NCBI GenBank assembly: GCA_943788915.1
Contig: CALSSD010000006.1
Coordinates: forward strand, 372,001 to 398,862
DNA length: 26,862 nt
Source: an uncultured Acidimicrobiales bacterium
Lineage (GTDB): Bacteria; Actinomycetota; Acidimicrobiia; Acidimicrobiales; UBA10347
Direction of reading: 5' to 3'
Numbering within the stretch: position 1 is the stretch's first letter; each line of letters starts with the position of its first letter. Made by a program: the position numbers and the translations under genes. Shown here one piece after another: positions 18,797 to 26,862 of the stretch. The notes under the pieces are model-generated. The model saw only the letters and a list, made by a program, of their open reading frames with translations. It ran no database searches and had not been told where the DNA came from.

Positions 18797-19134
18797 TGCA
18801 GGTGAAAATGGGCAAGTGAGCTGGGTGCAGCTGGTGTGACAAAGACTATTCCATTAGCTTTCGTCGCGCTGATTTATCGACCGCGGACCGCCGGCACTGT
18901 GCCGACGTCATCAGAATGAGTTAAACGCTCGAGCTGTAGACGTCGCTGAATCGTTCGCTGAGTGGATCGCAGACGTCGACGTCACTGCACGCATGGCAAG
19001 GACAGCATGCAAATGCTGCTCTCTTCTATTCTTGCTGTCACGATCCCCTCGCACTCGACGAGATCGGCCCGTGGTCATCGAGCTGTAAGTCCCCGTAAGC
19101 AGCAGTTAATTTGGTGGGGGTGATTCACTACGGT

Positions 19135-19374
19135 GCGGTGAAGGCCATGGTGCCTCACCGCGTATGCGACATCATCGATCAAGCCATCCAGATGCACGGT
19201 GGGCTTGGGGTTTCACAGTTCACGCCGCTGGCATCGATGTACACGCAGATCCGAACACTGCGTTTGGCCGACGGGCCAGATGAGGTGCACCACATGGTGG
19301 TGGGTCGTGCCGAGCTCTCCAATAGCGAACACGACGGAACAAACGACCCAATGGTTTGGGTGCGCCCGGGCTGA
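19135..19374 (+). pseudogene. 3' remnant of acyl-CoA dehydrogenase
   Basis: AVKAMVP..IIDQAIQMHGGLGVSQFTPLA.MY..RTLRLADGPDEVH is the ACAD C-terminus; no N-terminal portion is seen upstream. Confidence 0.85.
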
Positions 19375-19381
19375 GCAAGCC

Positions 19382-19413
19382 AGCTGAAAAACAGTTGAGC
19401 TGAAAAACAGTTG
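19382..19413. repeat. Perfect 16-bp tandem duplication AGCTGAAAAACAGTTG x2
   Basis: Copies at 19382-19397 and 19398-19413. Confidence 0.95.
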
Positions 19414-19452
19414 AATAGCGCTCGGTACGATGGTGGCTCTACGGTCAACCCC

Positions 19453-20178
19453 ATGATTGAGCTAGAACGCCATGACGCCGTCTTCGTCCTCACCATGGTC
19501 GACGACGAGAACCGTTGGAACACATCATTTGTGCGAGAGTTTGCCAAGGCGCTCGACGAGGTGGAAGCCTCCGAGGGTGCAGCGGCTCTGGTTACCATGT
19601 CTGCCCACGACAAGTTCTTCTCGAATGGGTTGGACCTTGAGTGGATCTCGAGCGAGGGTGAACACCGCGGTGGTGATCGCAAAACGTTCGGCGCGGAGTT
19701 CATGGAACTCATGGGCCGGATCATCACACTGCCAATGCCGACCATTGCTGCCGTCAACGGCCACGCGTTCGGTGCAGGTTTCATGTGTGCCATCGGACAT
19801 GACGTACGGATCATGCGCGAAGACCGCGGCTACCTGTGTGCGAATGAACTCCAGATCGGCCTCACTGTGCCTGTCCCAGAGATCGCATTGTTCCGCCACA
19901 AGATCCCTGCACCTGCGTTCCACGAGACCATCATTCTGTCCAAACGATGGACGGCGCCCGCAGCGGTGCAAGCAGGATTCGTAGAGTCCGCGGTACCGCT
20001 CGAGGACCTGCGTAAGGCAGCGATGACCCGGGCCATCGAGTTGGCTCCGCTGGCAGCACATCGCAAGAACTTCGGCTGGCAGAAGGAAGCTATCTATGGC
20101 GAGAACGCTGCGCTCAACACACCACACGGCGCCGCCCACATGCTCAAGAACATGTCCGACTTCGTGTCGGCTCACTAG
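19453..20178 (+). CDS. Enoyl-CoA hydratase/isomerase family (delta3,delta2-isomerase-like)
   Basis: KFFSNGLDL, PTIAAVNGHAFGAG and MREDRGYLCANELQIGL motifs. ATG lies 7 nt after TACGGT. Confidence 0.92.
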   Translation: MIELERHDAVFVLTMVDDENRWNTSFVREFAKALDEVEASEGAAALVTMSAHDKFFSNGLDLEWISSEGEHRGGDRKTFGAEFMELMGRIITLPMPTIAAVNGHAFGAGFMCAIGHDVRIMREDRGYLCANELQIGLTVPVPEIALFRHKIPAPAFHETIILSKRWTAPAAVQAGFVESAVPLEDLRKAAMTRAIELAPLAAHRKNFGWQKEAIYGENAALNTPHGAAHMLKNMSDFVSAH

Positions 20179-20453
20179 GAACCGAAGGTCAGCCATACAT
20201 TGCGCCAGTTGCCTACTCGGAGGGTCTGACCTCATCTTTGAGTTCACTTTGGCCAGTTACGAAGTAGGTGTGTTGGACGGTTGGCTGCCATGTGTCAGGC
20301 GATGGCAACATAAACGGCGTCTCGTAGCGCGAGTTCGCCAGGCTCTGTTGGCAGCGAGTAACCACGGCGACGTCACCACCGATCCGTTCAATCACTTTGG
20401 AAGCCACATGGCCATAGCGTCGGATGAGCCCACGTCTGTGCCAGGCTTCGGTC

Positions 20454-21092
20454 ATGGCATGGTTCAAGCGCAACAAGGTCGATGATCGAGTACCGCAGTG
20501 GGCGTGGGACCCGAAAGCGGCCAACGTGTCCGGCGATCAAGCGTGGGCGCTACTGACCAATGCGATCTACTTCCAGGCAGTTGCGCCTCGACTCGACACA
20601 CTGGGTGGTGGCCTCGAAGCTCTTGACTGGGTAGATGGGCTCGCGGTCTGGTGGGACGTGCGAGACGAGCGCGAATTCGATGAACTGGTCGACTGGATGC
20701 AGCACGAGGGCTATCGAGCGAAATGGTCAGCCGACGGAGTAGACGGCGGCGACGAGAAGTTCGCCTGGGATTACTGCCGACTTATCACCGTGGCCGGAGG
20801 CGCAGCGTTAGCCCAGGTAATCAGCTCTGACCGCGCCTGGTCGCTGGTGATGGATGCCGCCGCCGCGCTCGGCGATCGATTTGATTCGTGGGAGTCGATC
20901 GCCAACAACTATCTGTCTGGCCGGATCTTGTGGCTCACCGATAAGGGCCAGTGGACGCCCACGCCCGATCCCAGCCAGCAGCAATTCCAGCAGGTCGCCG
21001 ATGAACTACTGGCCGACCCAACAAGTCCGTGGAATCGGGTCAGCTGGGATCGGTCAGCAGGCGTCATAGTTGACGGTGAACGACTGGCGTAA
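20454..21092 (+). CDS. DUF1266 domain-containing protein
   Basis: LAVWWDV, AWDYCRL, FDSWESIANNYLSGRILW and SPW..VSWD motifs. Confidence 0.8.
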   Translation: MAWFKRNKVDDRVPQWAWDPKAANVSGDQAWALLTNAIYFQAVAPRLDTLGGGLEALDWVDGLAVWWDVRDEREFDELVDWMQHEGYRAKWSADGVDGGDEKFAWDYCRLITVAGGAALAQVISSDRAWSLVMDAAAALGDRFDSWESIANNYLSGRILWLTDKGQWTPTPDPSQQQFQQVADELLADPTSPWNRVSWDRSAGVIVDGERLA

Positions 21093-21231
21093 CTACCTGC
21101 CGAACCGCACCACGTCACCGAGGTTCGCTGCACCCATACGGGGGGACCACATCCAACCGATGCGCCGTTGGTCGTGACGGTCCTTCCCAATGCTTGCTGC
21201 GCCAACCACGAGGCGGCACTAACGTCGGGTT

Positions 21232-22914
21232 ATGAAGCAATGGCGTTCCTCAGCAGGCACAACGTTCGACACGTTCAAGGAAGCGGCCACTGGTTCGCAA
21301 GGCATGGTGGTGACGAACCACCCGCTCGGGTCCAGCGCCGGGCTGGAGATGCTGGCCATGGGAGGCAATGCCGTCGACGCAGCGATTGCTGCGATTTTCG
21401 CACTAAGCGTGGTCGAACCCATGATGGTCGGCCCCCTGGGCGGCGGTTATATCAATCTTGGCTTGGCCGACGGCACCGGGCTGTGTATCGATAACTACAC
21501 GCTGGCCCCGAGCGCAGCGACCCCGGACATGTACACACCAGTTTCGGACACCTGGCCGGACTACCTGACGAGCGTGGGTCGAGTCAGCCAGGTCGGCCAT
21601 CTTGCGTCGGGGGTGCCCGGAAACCTGAAGGCGTGGGACGAAGTCCACGCAGCACACGGCCGTCTCGAATGGGAAGCAATCGTGCAACCCGCCATTCGTT
21701 ATGCAGCGAGTGGCTTCCGTTGCTCGGAGTACTTGAGTCGACTCGCCTTGGACCACGCCGAGGACATCGCTCGTTTCGATGCGACGGCGAAGATCTTTCA
21801 GCCAGGTGGTGTCTCGGTCAAACCTGGCGATCTGATCGTGCGTCCTGAGTTTGCTGACTCGTTGCGGCTCATTGCGCAGGAACGTTCGGGGGCGTTGTAC
21901 AACGGCGCACTTGGACAGGCGCTTGCCGACGATATGGCGGCCAACGGCGGCCTGATTACCACTGCTGATCTGGCGGCGTATGAAACGATTCACAACGACC
22001 CAGTACGTGGCACCTATCGCGGTTATGAGATTGCGGGGCCGCCGCCGGGAAACAGTGGCATCACGCTGATCATCGAGATGTTGAACATCCTCGAGGGGTT
22101 CGACGTAGCAGCTATGGGTTTCGGCACTGTTGAGAGTGCACATCTGTTGATCGAGATACTAAAGATTGGCTTCGCCGACCGTTTCGCGTACCTGGGTGAT
22201 CCGGCAACGGTCGACATTCCACTCGAATGGCTGACGTCGAAGGCGTACGGCTCGAGTCGCCGTAACGACGTGGATCCTGACCATGCGACCACTGCGCTTG
22301 CAGGCCGTCCCGGCGCAGAGTCTTCGTACACCACCCACGTCACGGCAGCCGATGGCGACGGCAACATGGTGTCGATGACCCAGACAATTAATGAGCTATT
22401 TGGTTCCAAGGTCACGGTGCCGGGAACCGGCATGTTGCTCAACAACACCCAGGCCATGTTTGACCCACACCCAGGTCAGCCGAATTCTGTTGCGGCAAAC
22501 AAACGAGTCGTGAGCAGCATGGCGCCAGCGATACTGAGCCGCGACGGTCGACCGTGGCTCGGCATCGGCACTCCGGGCGGGGTGCGGATCTTCCCGTCGG
22601 TGTTCCAATCGATCGTGAACCTGATCGACCATGGCATGACATTGCAAGAAGCCGTCGAGGCACCCCGGTTATGGACACAGGGGCAAACGGTTGAACTCGA
22701 AGCCGGCTTCGGCGCTGACATCCAGACTGGTTTGGCCGCTCGTGGCCACGACATCACCGTGGTCCCGAACGTCGCTGGAGGGATGAATGGGGTGATCGTG
22801 GATCCGGCAACAGCCATGTTGACCGGTGCAGCCTGTTGGCGTGCCGATGGAAGCCCAGCAGCACTCGCTGGTGGATACGCGAATGCCGAGGCACGGTTCA
22901 ACCCATTGGTCTGA
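21232..22914 (+). CDS. ggt: Gamma-glutamyltransferase (no signal peptide)
   Basis: GGNAVDAAIA, VVEPMMVGPLGGG, GVPG, autocleavage Thr in YTTHVTAAD, SSMAP, GTPGG and EAPR motifs. Confidence 0.95.
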   Translation: MKQWRSSAGTTFDTFKEAATGSQGMVVTNHPLGSSAGLEMLAMGGNAVDAAIAAIFALSVVEPMMVGPLGGGYINLGLADGTGLCIDNYTLAPSAATPDMYTPVSDTWPDYLTSVGRVSQVGHLASGVPGNLKAWDEVHAAHGRLEWEAIVQPAIRYAASGFRCSEYLSRLALDHAEDIARFDATAKIFQPGGVSVKPGDLIVRPEFADSLRLIAQERSGALYNGALGQALADDMAANGGLITTADLAAYETIHNDPVRGTYRGYEIAGPPPGNSGITLIIEMLNILEGFDVAAMGFGTVESAHLLIEILKIGFADRFAYLGDPATVDIPLEWLTSKAYGSSRRNDVDPDHATTALAGRPGAESSYTTHVTAADGDGNMVSMTQTINELFGSKVTVPGTGMLLNNTQAMFDPHPGQPNSVAANKRVVSSMAPAILSRDGRPWLGIGTPGGVRIFPSVFQSIVNLIDHGMTLQEAVEAPRLWTQGQTVELEAGFGADIQTGLAARGHDITVVPNVAGGMNGVIVDPATAMLTGAACWRADGSPAALAGGYANAEARFNPLV

Positions 22915-22948
22915 CGAATTGACCAACGGTCTGGGCCATACTGAGACC

Positions 22949-23425
22949 ATGAAGGTTCGCGTGAAACTGTCCGGTGCGCCGTTGGCGTACACCCTGGCGT
23001 TGGTCGAAGGCACCAACGAGCCGTATAAGGCGTTCGGCAAAGAGGTCTGGTCTGAAGAACGAGGCATCTCCCTTGCTCTGCGAGAGATGTTGTTTATGCG
23101 CACGTCGATCATCAATCAATGCCCCACGTGACTGAGCGGTCATGTCGTCTCGGGTAGACGACGCGGTGTAACCGACGAGCAGATCGAAGCGCTCGAGGAC
23201 CCTTCCACATGGAGCGGGGTGTTCGATGCACCAACTTCCTCAGCGCTTGAGCTTGCCGACGAGATGGCGGGCAAGGATTCCCATGAGCTCGATCCCTTGC
23301 TGATTGCTGACCTGCGGTTGCACTTCAGCGAACAAGAGTTGGGGGAGATCATCTTGCTGTGTGGGCAGGCAAACCTAAACAATCGTGCAGGTAATGCCGC
23401 CAAACAACTACTCGGCGAGCAGTGA
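22949..23425 (+). CDS. AhpD/carboxymuconolactone decarboxylase-family protein with in-frame UGA; probable selenoprotein (CxxU), 158 aa
   Basis: Frame is continuous except for TGA 23129-23131: LREMLFMRTSIINQCPT-U-LSGHVVSGRRRGVTDEQIEAL...ALELADEM...LRLHFSEQELGEIIL...NLNNR. SECIS-like hairpin follows. Confidence 0.88.
23144..23162 (+). promoter_or_regulatory. Putative bacterial SECIS element
   Basis: Perfect 7-bp stem GTCGTCT/AGACGAC with loop CGGGT; 19 nt separate the UGA from the loop. Confidence 0.75.
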
Positions 23426-24156
23426 GCTTGCGCATACTCGTAACGAACGACGACGGCATCGAGTCGTCAGGTTTGCATGTGTTGGCGCAGAAGCTGACCG
23501 AAGTCGGCACTGTCCTTGTCTTCGCTCCGTCAGGTGAATACTCAGGCGCCAGTGCTGCGGTTGGACACCTGGGTGCTGGTGTGCCCGACGTCCATCAGGT
23601 CACACGTTCAGAGATGCCCGATGCCGACGCTGTGTATCACTTCGATGCGCCACCGGCTCTGGCTGCGCTCCTGGCCTGTCAAGGGCTGCTGGGTCCCGCA
23701 CCTGATTTGGTGGTGTCTGGCATCAACCCCGGGTGGAACGTGGGCTACGCAGTTCACTTCTCGGGGACGATCGGCGCGTGTGTCACGGCAAACATTTTTG
23801 GGATTCCGGCAATAGCCGTGAGCCAACACAACGTGGGACCGGATCAGCACTGGGCGACCGCTGCCCAGGCAGCCGTAGATCAGATCGGCCGTGTCATGGC
23901 CAGCGGCGAGCTTGTCAATGTGAATGTGCCAAATATGCCAGTCGACAAGATCGTAGGCACCGTGGACACCACGCTGAGTAAGCGTATTCCCTACAGCATG
24001 CATTCACCGGAACTCCATGCGATCGAGCCTGGCCGGTCGAGCGTCTCCTTCGAGACATTTGGACCGTACGAAGGGCCTGCTGGCTCTGACACCCATGCGG
24101 TCGAAGCCGGCCTCGTATCGGTCACAGCACTCGCGTCGACTGCAGCCGCACGCTGA
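23422..24156 (+). CDS. surE: 5'/3'-nucleotidase SurE
   Basis: RILVTNDDGI, AP..EYSGAS, DLVVSGINPG.N.G and SGTIGA motifs. GTG overlaps the upstream TGA. Confidence 0.92.
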   Translation: MSLRILVTNDDGIESSGLHVLAQKLTEVGTVLVFAPSGEYSGASAAVGHLGAGVPDVHQVTRSEMPDADAVYHFDAPPALAALLACQGLLGPAPDLVVSGINPGWNVGYAVHFSGTIGACVTANIFGIPAIAVSQHNVGPDQHWATAAQAAVDQIGRVMASGELVNVNVPNMPVDKIVGTVDTTLSKRIPYSMHSPELHAIEPGRSSVSFETFGPYEGPAGSDTHAVEAGLVSVTALASTAAAR

Positions 24157-24200
24157 ACGCATCAGGCGTCGGTGCCAGGCTCTTCCGCCGGTGAACTGAC

Positions 24201-24788
24201 CTAGCTCGCGGGTGTTTCGGTGATTCGTCCACCACGAAAGGCGAAGTCGCTTACCGGTTTGCGGTCGCTTGCGACTTCCTTTACTTGCAGACTCTCGGGC
24301 AACGCAGAGATGACGCCACGGTGTCCGAGCACAAACCCGCACAGGATCTCTGTGGTTTCGCGATCGGCGCCGGTGACCTCGTAGGCGGCGTCGATTTCGA
24401 TACCGCCCAGCAGGTGCACCGACAGACCCAACATTGTGGCCTGCAGCGCCAGGCTCATCATTGCCGCGCCGGTGTCGAAGTCGCGGGTACGGCTCATGAA
24501 CCCTTCGAGGTCAGTCTTGGCAAGGACCAGGCCCACCACTGGTGCAGCAGATGCCCAACCTCGGTTGAACTCCATAAACGTGTTCAAGATTGGCTCGCGC
24601 CCAGCACCATCGGTGTCATAAGCGAAGATCCACGGCTGATTGTTCATCCACGATGGAGACCACCGCGCCGCCTCGAATATCGCGTCTAGTTGTTCGTTGG
24701 TGACTGGTTCGTCGCTAAAGGAGCGTGGTGACCACCGATCGAGAAAGACACTGTTCATCAGCGGAGAGTCGGCAGTCCGGATACTCAT
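24201..24788 (-). CDS. Nitroreductase family protein
   Basis: RWSPRSF, FEAARWSPS..N.QPW, FDTGAA..LALQAT..GL and RKP motifs. Confidence 0.93.
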   Translation of the reverse strand: MSIRTADSPLMNSVFLDRWSPRSFSDEPVTNEQLDAIFEAARWSPSWMNNQPWIFAYDTDGAGREPILNTFMEFNRGWASAAPVVGLVLAKTDLEGFMSRTRDFDTGAAMMSLALQATMLGLSVHLLGGIEIDAAYEVTGADRETTEILCGFVLGHRGVISALPESLQVKEVASDRKPVSDFAFRGGRITETPAS

Positions 24789-24798
24789 GAGCGAGCCC

Positions 24799-26115
24799 CT
24801 ACTTGCGGGTCACTTGAACGGGAAGCTTCGCGTAACCATTGACGAACGACGAGAAGACACGCTCGGGTTCACTTTGGACCTCGACCCGTTCGAAGCGCTG
24901 CAGGAGTTCTTCCCACAGAATCCGGAGCTGGAGCTCAGCTAACCGGCTACCCATGCAAAAGTGCACGCCGTAACCGAACGACAGGTGACGGTCGGCGTTC
25001 TCGCGTTCGATGTCAATGACGTTCGCGTTCTCGAACATGTCCTCGTCGCGGTTCGCTGACACGTACCACATCAGAATTTGGTCATTCTTTTTGATCTGTT
25101 TGCCGCCGAGTTCGGTGTCGAAGTTCGCGGTGCGGCGCATGTACGAGAGCGGCGTCTGCCATCGAATGATCTCGGGGACCATGGTGGGGATGAGCGTTGG
25201 ATCGGCGGTGAGCTTGTCGTATTGATCACCGAACTTGTTCATGCCGTAGATGCTGCCGGACATCGTGTTACGGGTGGTGTCGTTGCCGCCCACGATAAGC
25301 AGAAGCAGGTTGCCGAGGTGAGCCGCTGTAGGCATGTCCTTGGTTGCGTCGCCGTGTACGAGCATGGACACAAGATCGTCGCCCGGGTTCTTGCGCCGTT
25401 CTTCCCACAAGCCTTCGAAGTAGCGGATGCACCCGATCATCTCTGCGTGCTTTTCCTCGAGGGACTCCACGATGCCCCCGGGCTGTGGGATCGCAAAGAC
25501 TACGTCGGACCAGCGCGTCAACAAGCTGCGATCTTCGAACGGGAAGTCAAACAACGTGGCCAACATCATGGTGGTCAACTCGACGGAGACGGTGTCGACC
25601 CAGTCGAAGGTCTCACCTTCGGGAAGCGAGTCCAGTACCGAGATTGTGCGCTCGCGGATCAGCGGTTCGACGTTGCGTAGGTTCTTGGGTGCAGCAACAG
25701 ATCGCACGGTGTTGCGTTGTTCGGTCTGCTTTGGTGGATCCATCGAGATGAACGACGTGAGCTGGGGACCGCCATCAGGACGATCGATCACCTTGGGGCC
25801 GAGCGTGATCCCGGGTGCTGACGAGAAGGTCTTCCAGTCACCGTCGACGGCGCGTACATCGTCGTACTTGGTAACAGACCAGTAACGGCCAGCCGTTTCG
25901 AGTTCGTTGAAATGGACAGGGTCCTCGGCACGCAAACGTGCGAAATGATCTTGCCAACGATGCTCACGAAAGAGGTGGGCATTGAGCGGATTGATCTCGT
26001 CGATCGAGAGATCGGCGGCTGCAGCTACATTCGCGCCAAGTTCCGCCATCTCTTGCTCGGGCCCACGGATCGTGAAGGCCTCTTCGGTTGCGGATTCGAT
26101 CGTCGCGTCGCTCAT
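24799..26115 (-). CDS. Cytochrome P450, CYP153-like
   Basis: I-helix LLIVGGNDTTRN, EIIRWQTPL.YMRRTA and heme motif HLSFGYGVHFCMG. SD TAAGGAG upstream. Confidence 0.95.
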   Translation of the reverse strand: MSDATIESATEEAFTIRGPEQEMAELGANVAAAADLSIDEINPLNAHLFREHRWQDHFARLRAEDPVHFNELETAGRYWSVTKYDDVRAVDGDWKTFSSAPGITLGPKVIDRPDGGPQLTSFISMDPPKQTEQRNTVRSVAAPKNLRNVEPLIRERTISVLDSLPEGETFDWVDTVSVELTTMMLATLFDFPFEDRSLLTRWSDVVFAIPQPGGIVESLEEKHAEMIGCIRYFEGLWEERRKNPGDDLVSMLVHGDATKDMPTAAHLGNLLLLIVGGNDTTRNTMSGSIYGMNKFGDQYDKLTADPTLIPTMVPEIIRWQTPLSYMRRTANFDTELGGKQIKKNDQILMWYVSANRDEDMFENANVIDIERENADRHLSFGYGVHFCMGSRLAELQLRILWEELLQRFERVEVQSEPERVFSSFVNGYAKLPVQVTRK

Positions 26116-26168
26116 CGATAATGCTCCTTATTGACTCCGGCTAAGGGTACCTGTCACTTCCTGGGAGT

Positions 26169-26182
26169 CGGGTAACTACCCG
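26169..26182. promoter_or_regulatory. Inverted repeat CGGGTA-AC-TACCCG upstream of the P450
   Basis: Perfect 6-2-6 dyad, 53 bp upstream of the P450 ATG. Confidence 0.45.
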
Positions 26183-26244
26183 CGAGATGGTAGGCGACCG
26201 CACGTATGTGTTCTCGCTGAGACCTGCTCGCTGTACAGCCACCG

Positions 26245-26276
26245 TGACACACGCTAGTACTGACACTCGCTAGTGC
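26245..26276. repeat. Imperfect 16-bp tandem repeat
   Basis: TGACACACGCTAGTAC / TGACACTCGCTAGTGC, 14 of 16 identical. Confidence 0.85.
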
Positions 26277-26306
26277 GAGCGGGCCGATGCGGGCTTCAGC
26301 CCTCAC

Positions 26307-26809
26307 ATGGAAGGAACGAAGCACGTTCCCCCAAACGGTGGACTCGCGCTGTTTGTCCTGGTGGTCTATTTCGTCGTCAGTTTCGTACCTGTGGCGCAGG
26401 CCCATACGGACTTCGAATCTTCGGACCCCGCCGCTGGCGCCGTTGTGGAGTCGGCTGTTTACGAGATCAAACTGAGGTTCATCGCCTCACCGCCTCATCG
26501 CTGGTTGCGGGCGAAGGATTCCTCGGACTCCCACCAGCGGGCGACATCATTGCACCAGAGGTGCGGGTAGGCGCTGGTCAGCACGAATTTACGCTGCGGT
26601 TGGATCCCCCGCTTGCGGGCGGCGAGGTCAGGGTTCAACGGTCGGTGCGGGCTGGCGACGCACACCCCATTGAGGAAACTTTTCGTTTCACAATCAGGTT
26701 GCGAGCGACTCCGGCTCCTAGAGCGACAACGGCGCCGACTCCAGATGAATCCTCCGACGGCCCCGACGTAACCAGCGAACCGCACGCCCGAACAAAACGG
26801 GGCGGTTGA
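26307..26809 (+). pseudogene. copC: Copper resistance protein CopC, frameshifted
   Basis: First frame: signal peptide AQA|HTDFESSDPAAGAVV...IKLRF. Second frame: AGEGF...LDPPLAGGEV...VRAGDAHPIEETFRFTI. The switch falls at 26483-26498. Confidence 0.8.
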
Positions 26810-26862
26810 CCAGGAGCGGCTGTCTGAGAAGAGTGGGCGATCCGACGATGCCTCGGTCGAGG

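Noticed and set aside
19085..19131. TGTAAGTCCCCGTAAG... as a possible IS terminal repeat at the ACAD truncation point
   Set aside because: No partner inverted repeat or transposase is seen in the window; an ISfinder search would be needed.
19382..19413. Tandem repeats as a CRISPR array
   Set aside because: Two adjacent 16-bp copies, no spacers and no cas genes.
20179..20453. 275-bp gap with minus-strand ORF 20213-20524 and a PIN-like snippet (LRDAVYVAIA)
   Set aside because: Too short to assign; no recognisable family or RNA motif.
22912..26809. Other TGA stops (ggt, copC) as Sec codons
   Set aside because: They are not at Cys-motif positions, and another in-frame stop follows within a few codons.

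Overview
GC-rich bacterial chromosome segment, most likely actinobacterial. The basis is a fused FbiC FO synthase, an F420-dependent LLM enzyme and many leaderless TANNNT promoters; Acidimicrobiia-like is a guess only. Gene content: 2-oxoacid dehydrogenase operon (E1a, E1b, E2, partial E3), alpha/beta hydrolase, CbxX-like AAA ATPase, SDR, two DAO-family FAD oxidoreductases, stand-alone homocysteine S-methyltransferase (Bmt-like), trhO-DUF1853 pair, HxlR-fbiC operon, DJ-1-like gene, DUF2237, crotonase, DUF1266, ggt, surE, nitroreductase, CYP153-like P450 and a frameshifted copC. A roughly 1 kb lower-GC scar (about 18180-19134) holds a broken phage D5/P4-type primase-helicase fragment and an orphan membrane gene, and abuts the 3' remnant of an acyl-CoA dehydrogenase. 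The top finding is missed by the ORF track. Two in-frame ORFs at 22949-23425 are joined across a TGA at the second Cys position of an AhpD/CMD CxxCxxxH motif (CPT-U-LSGH), and a SECIS-like hairpin follows. This points to a probable selenoprotein whose stop overlaps the surE start. No rRNA, tRNA or CRISPR array was seen.
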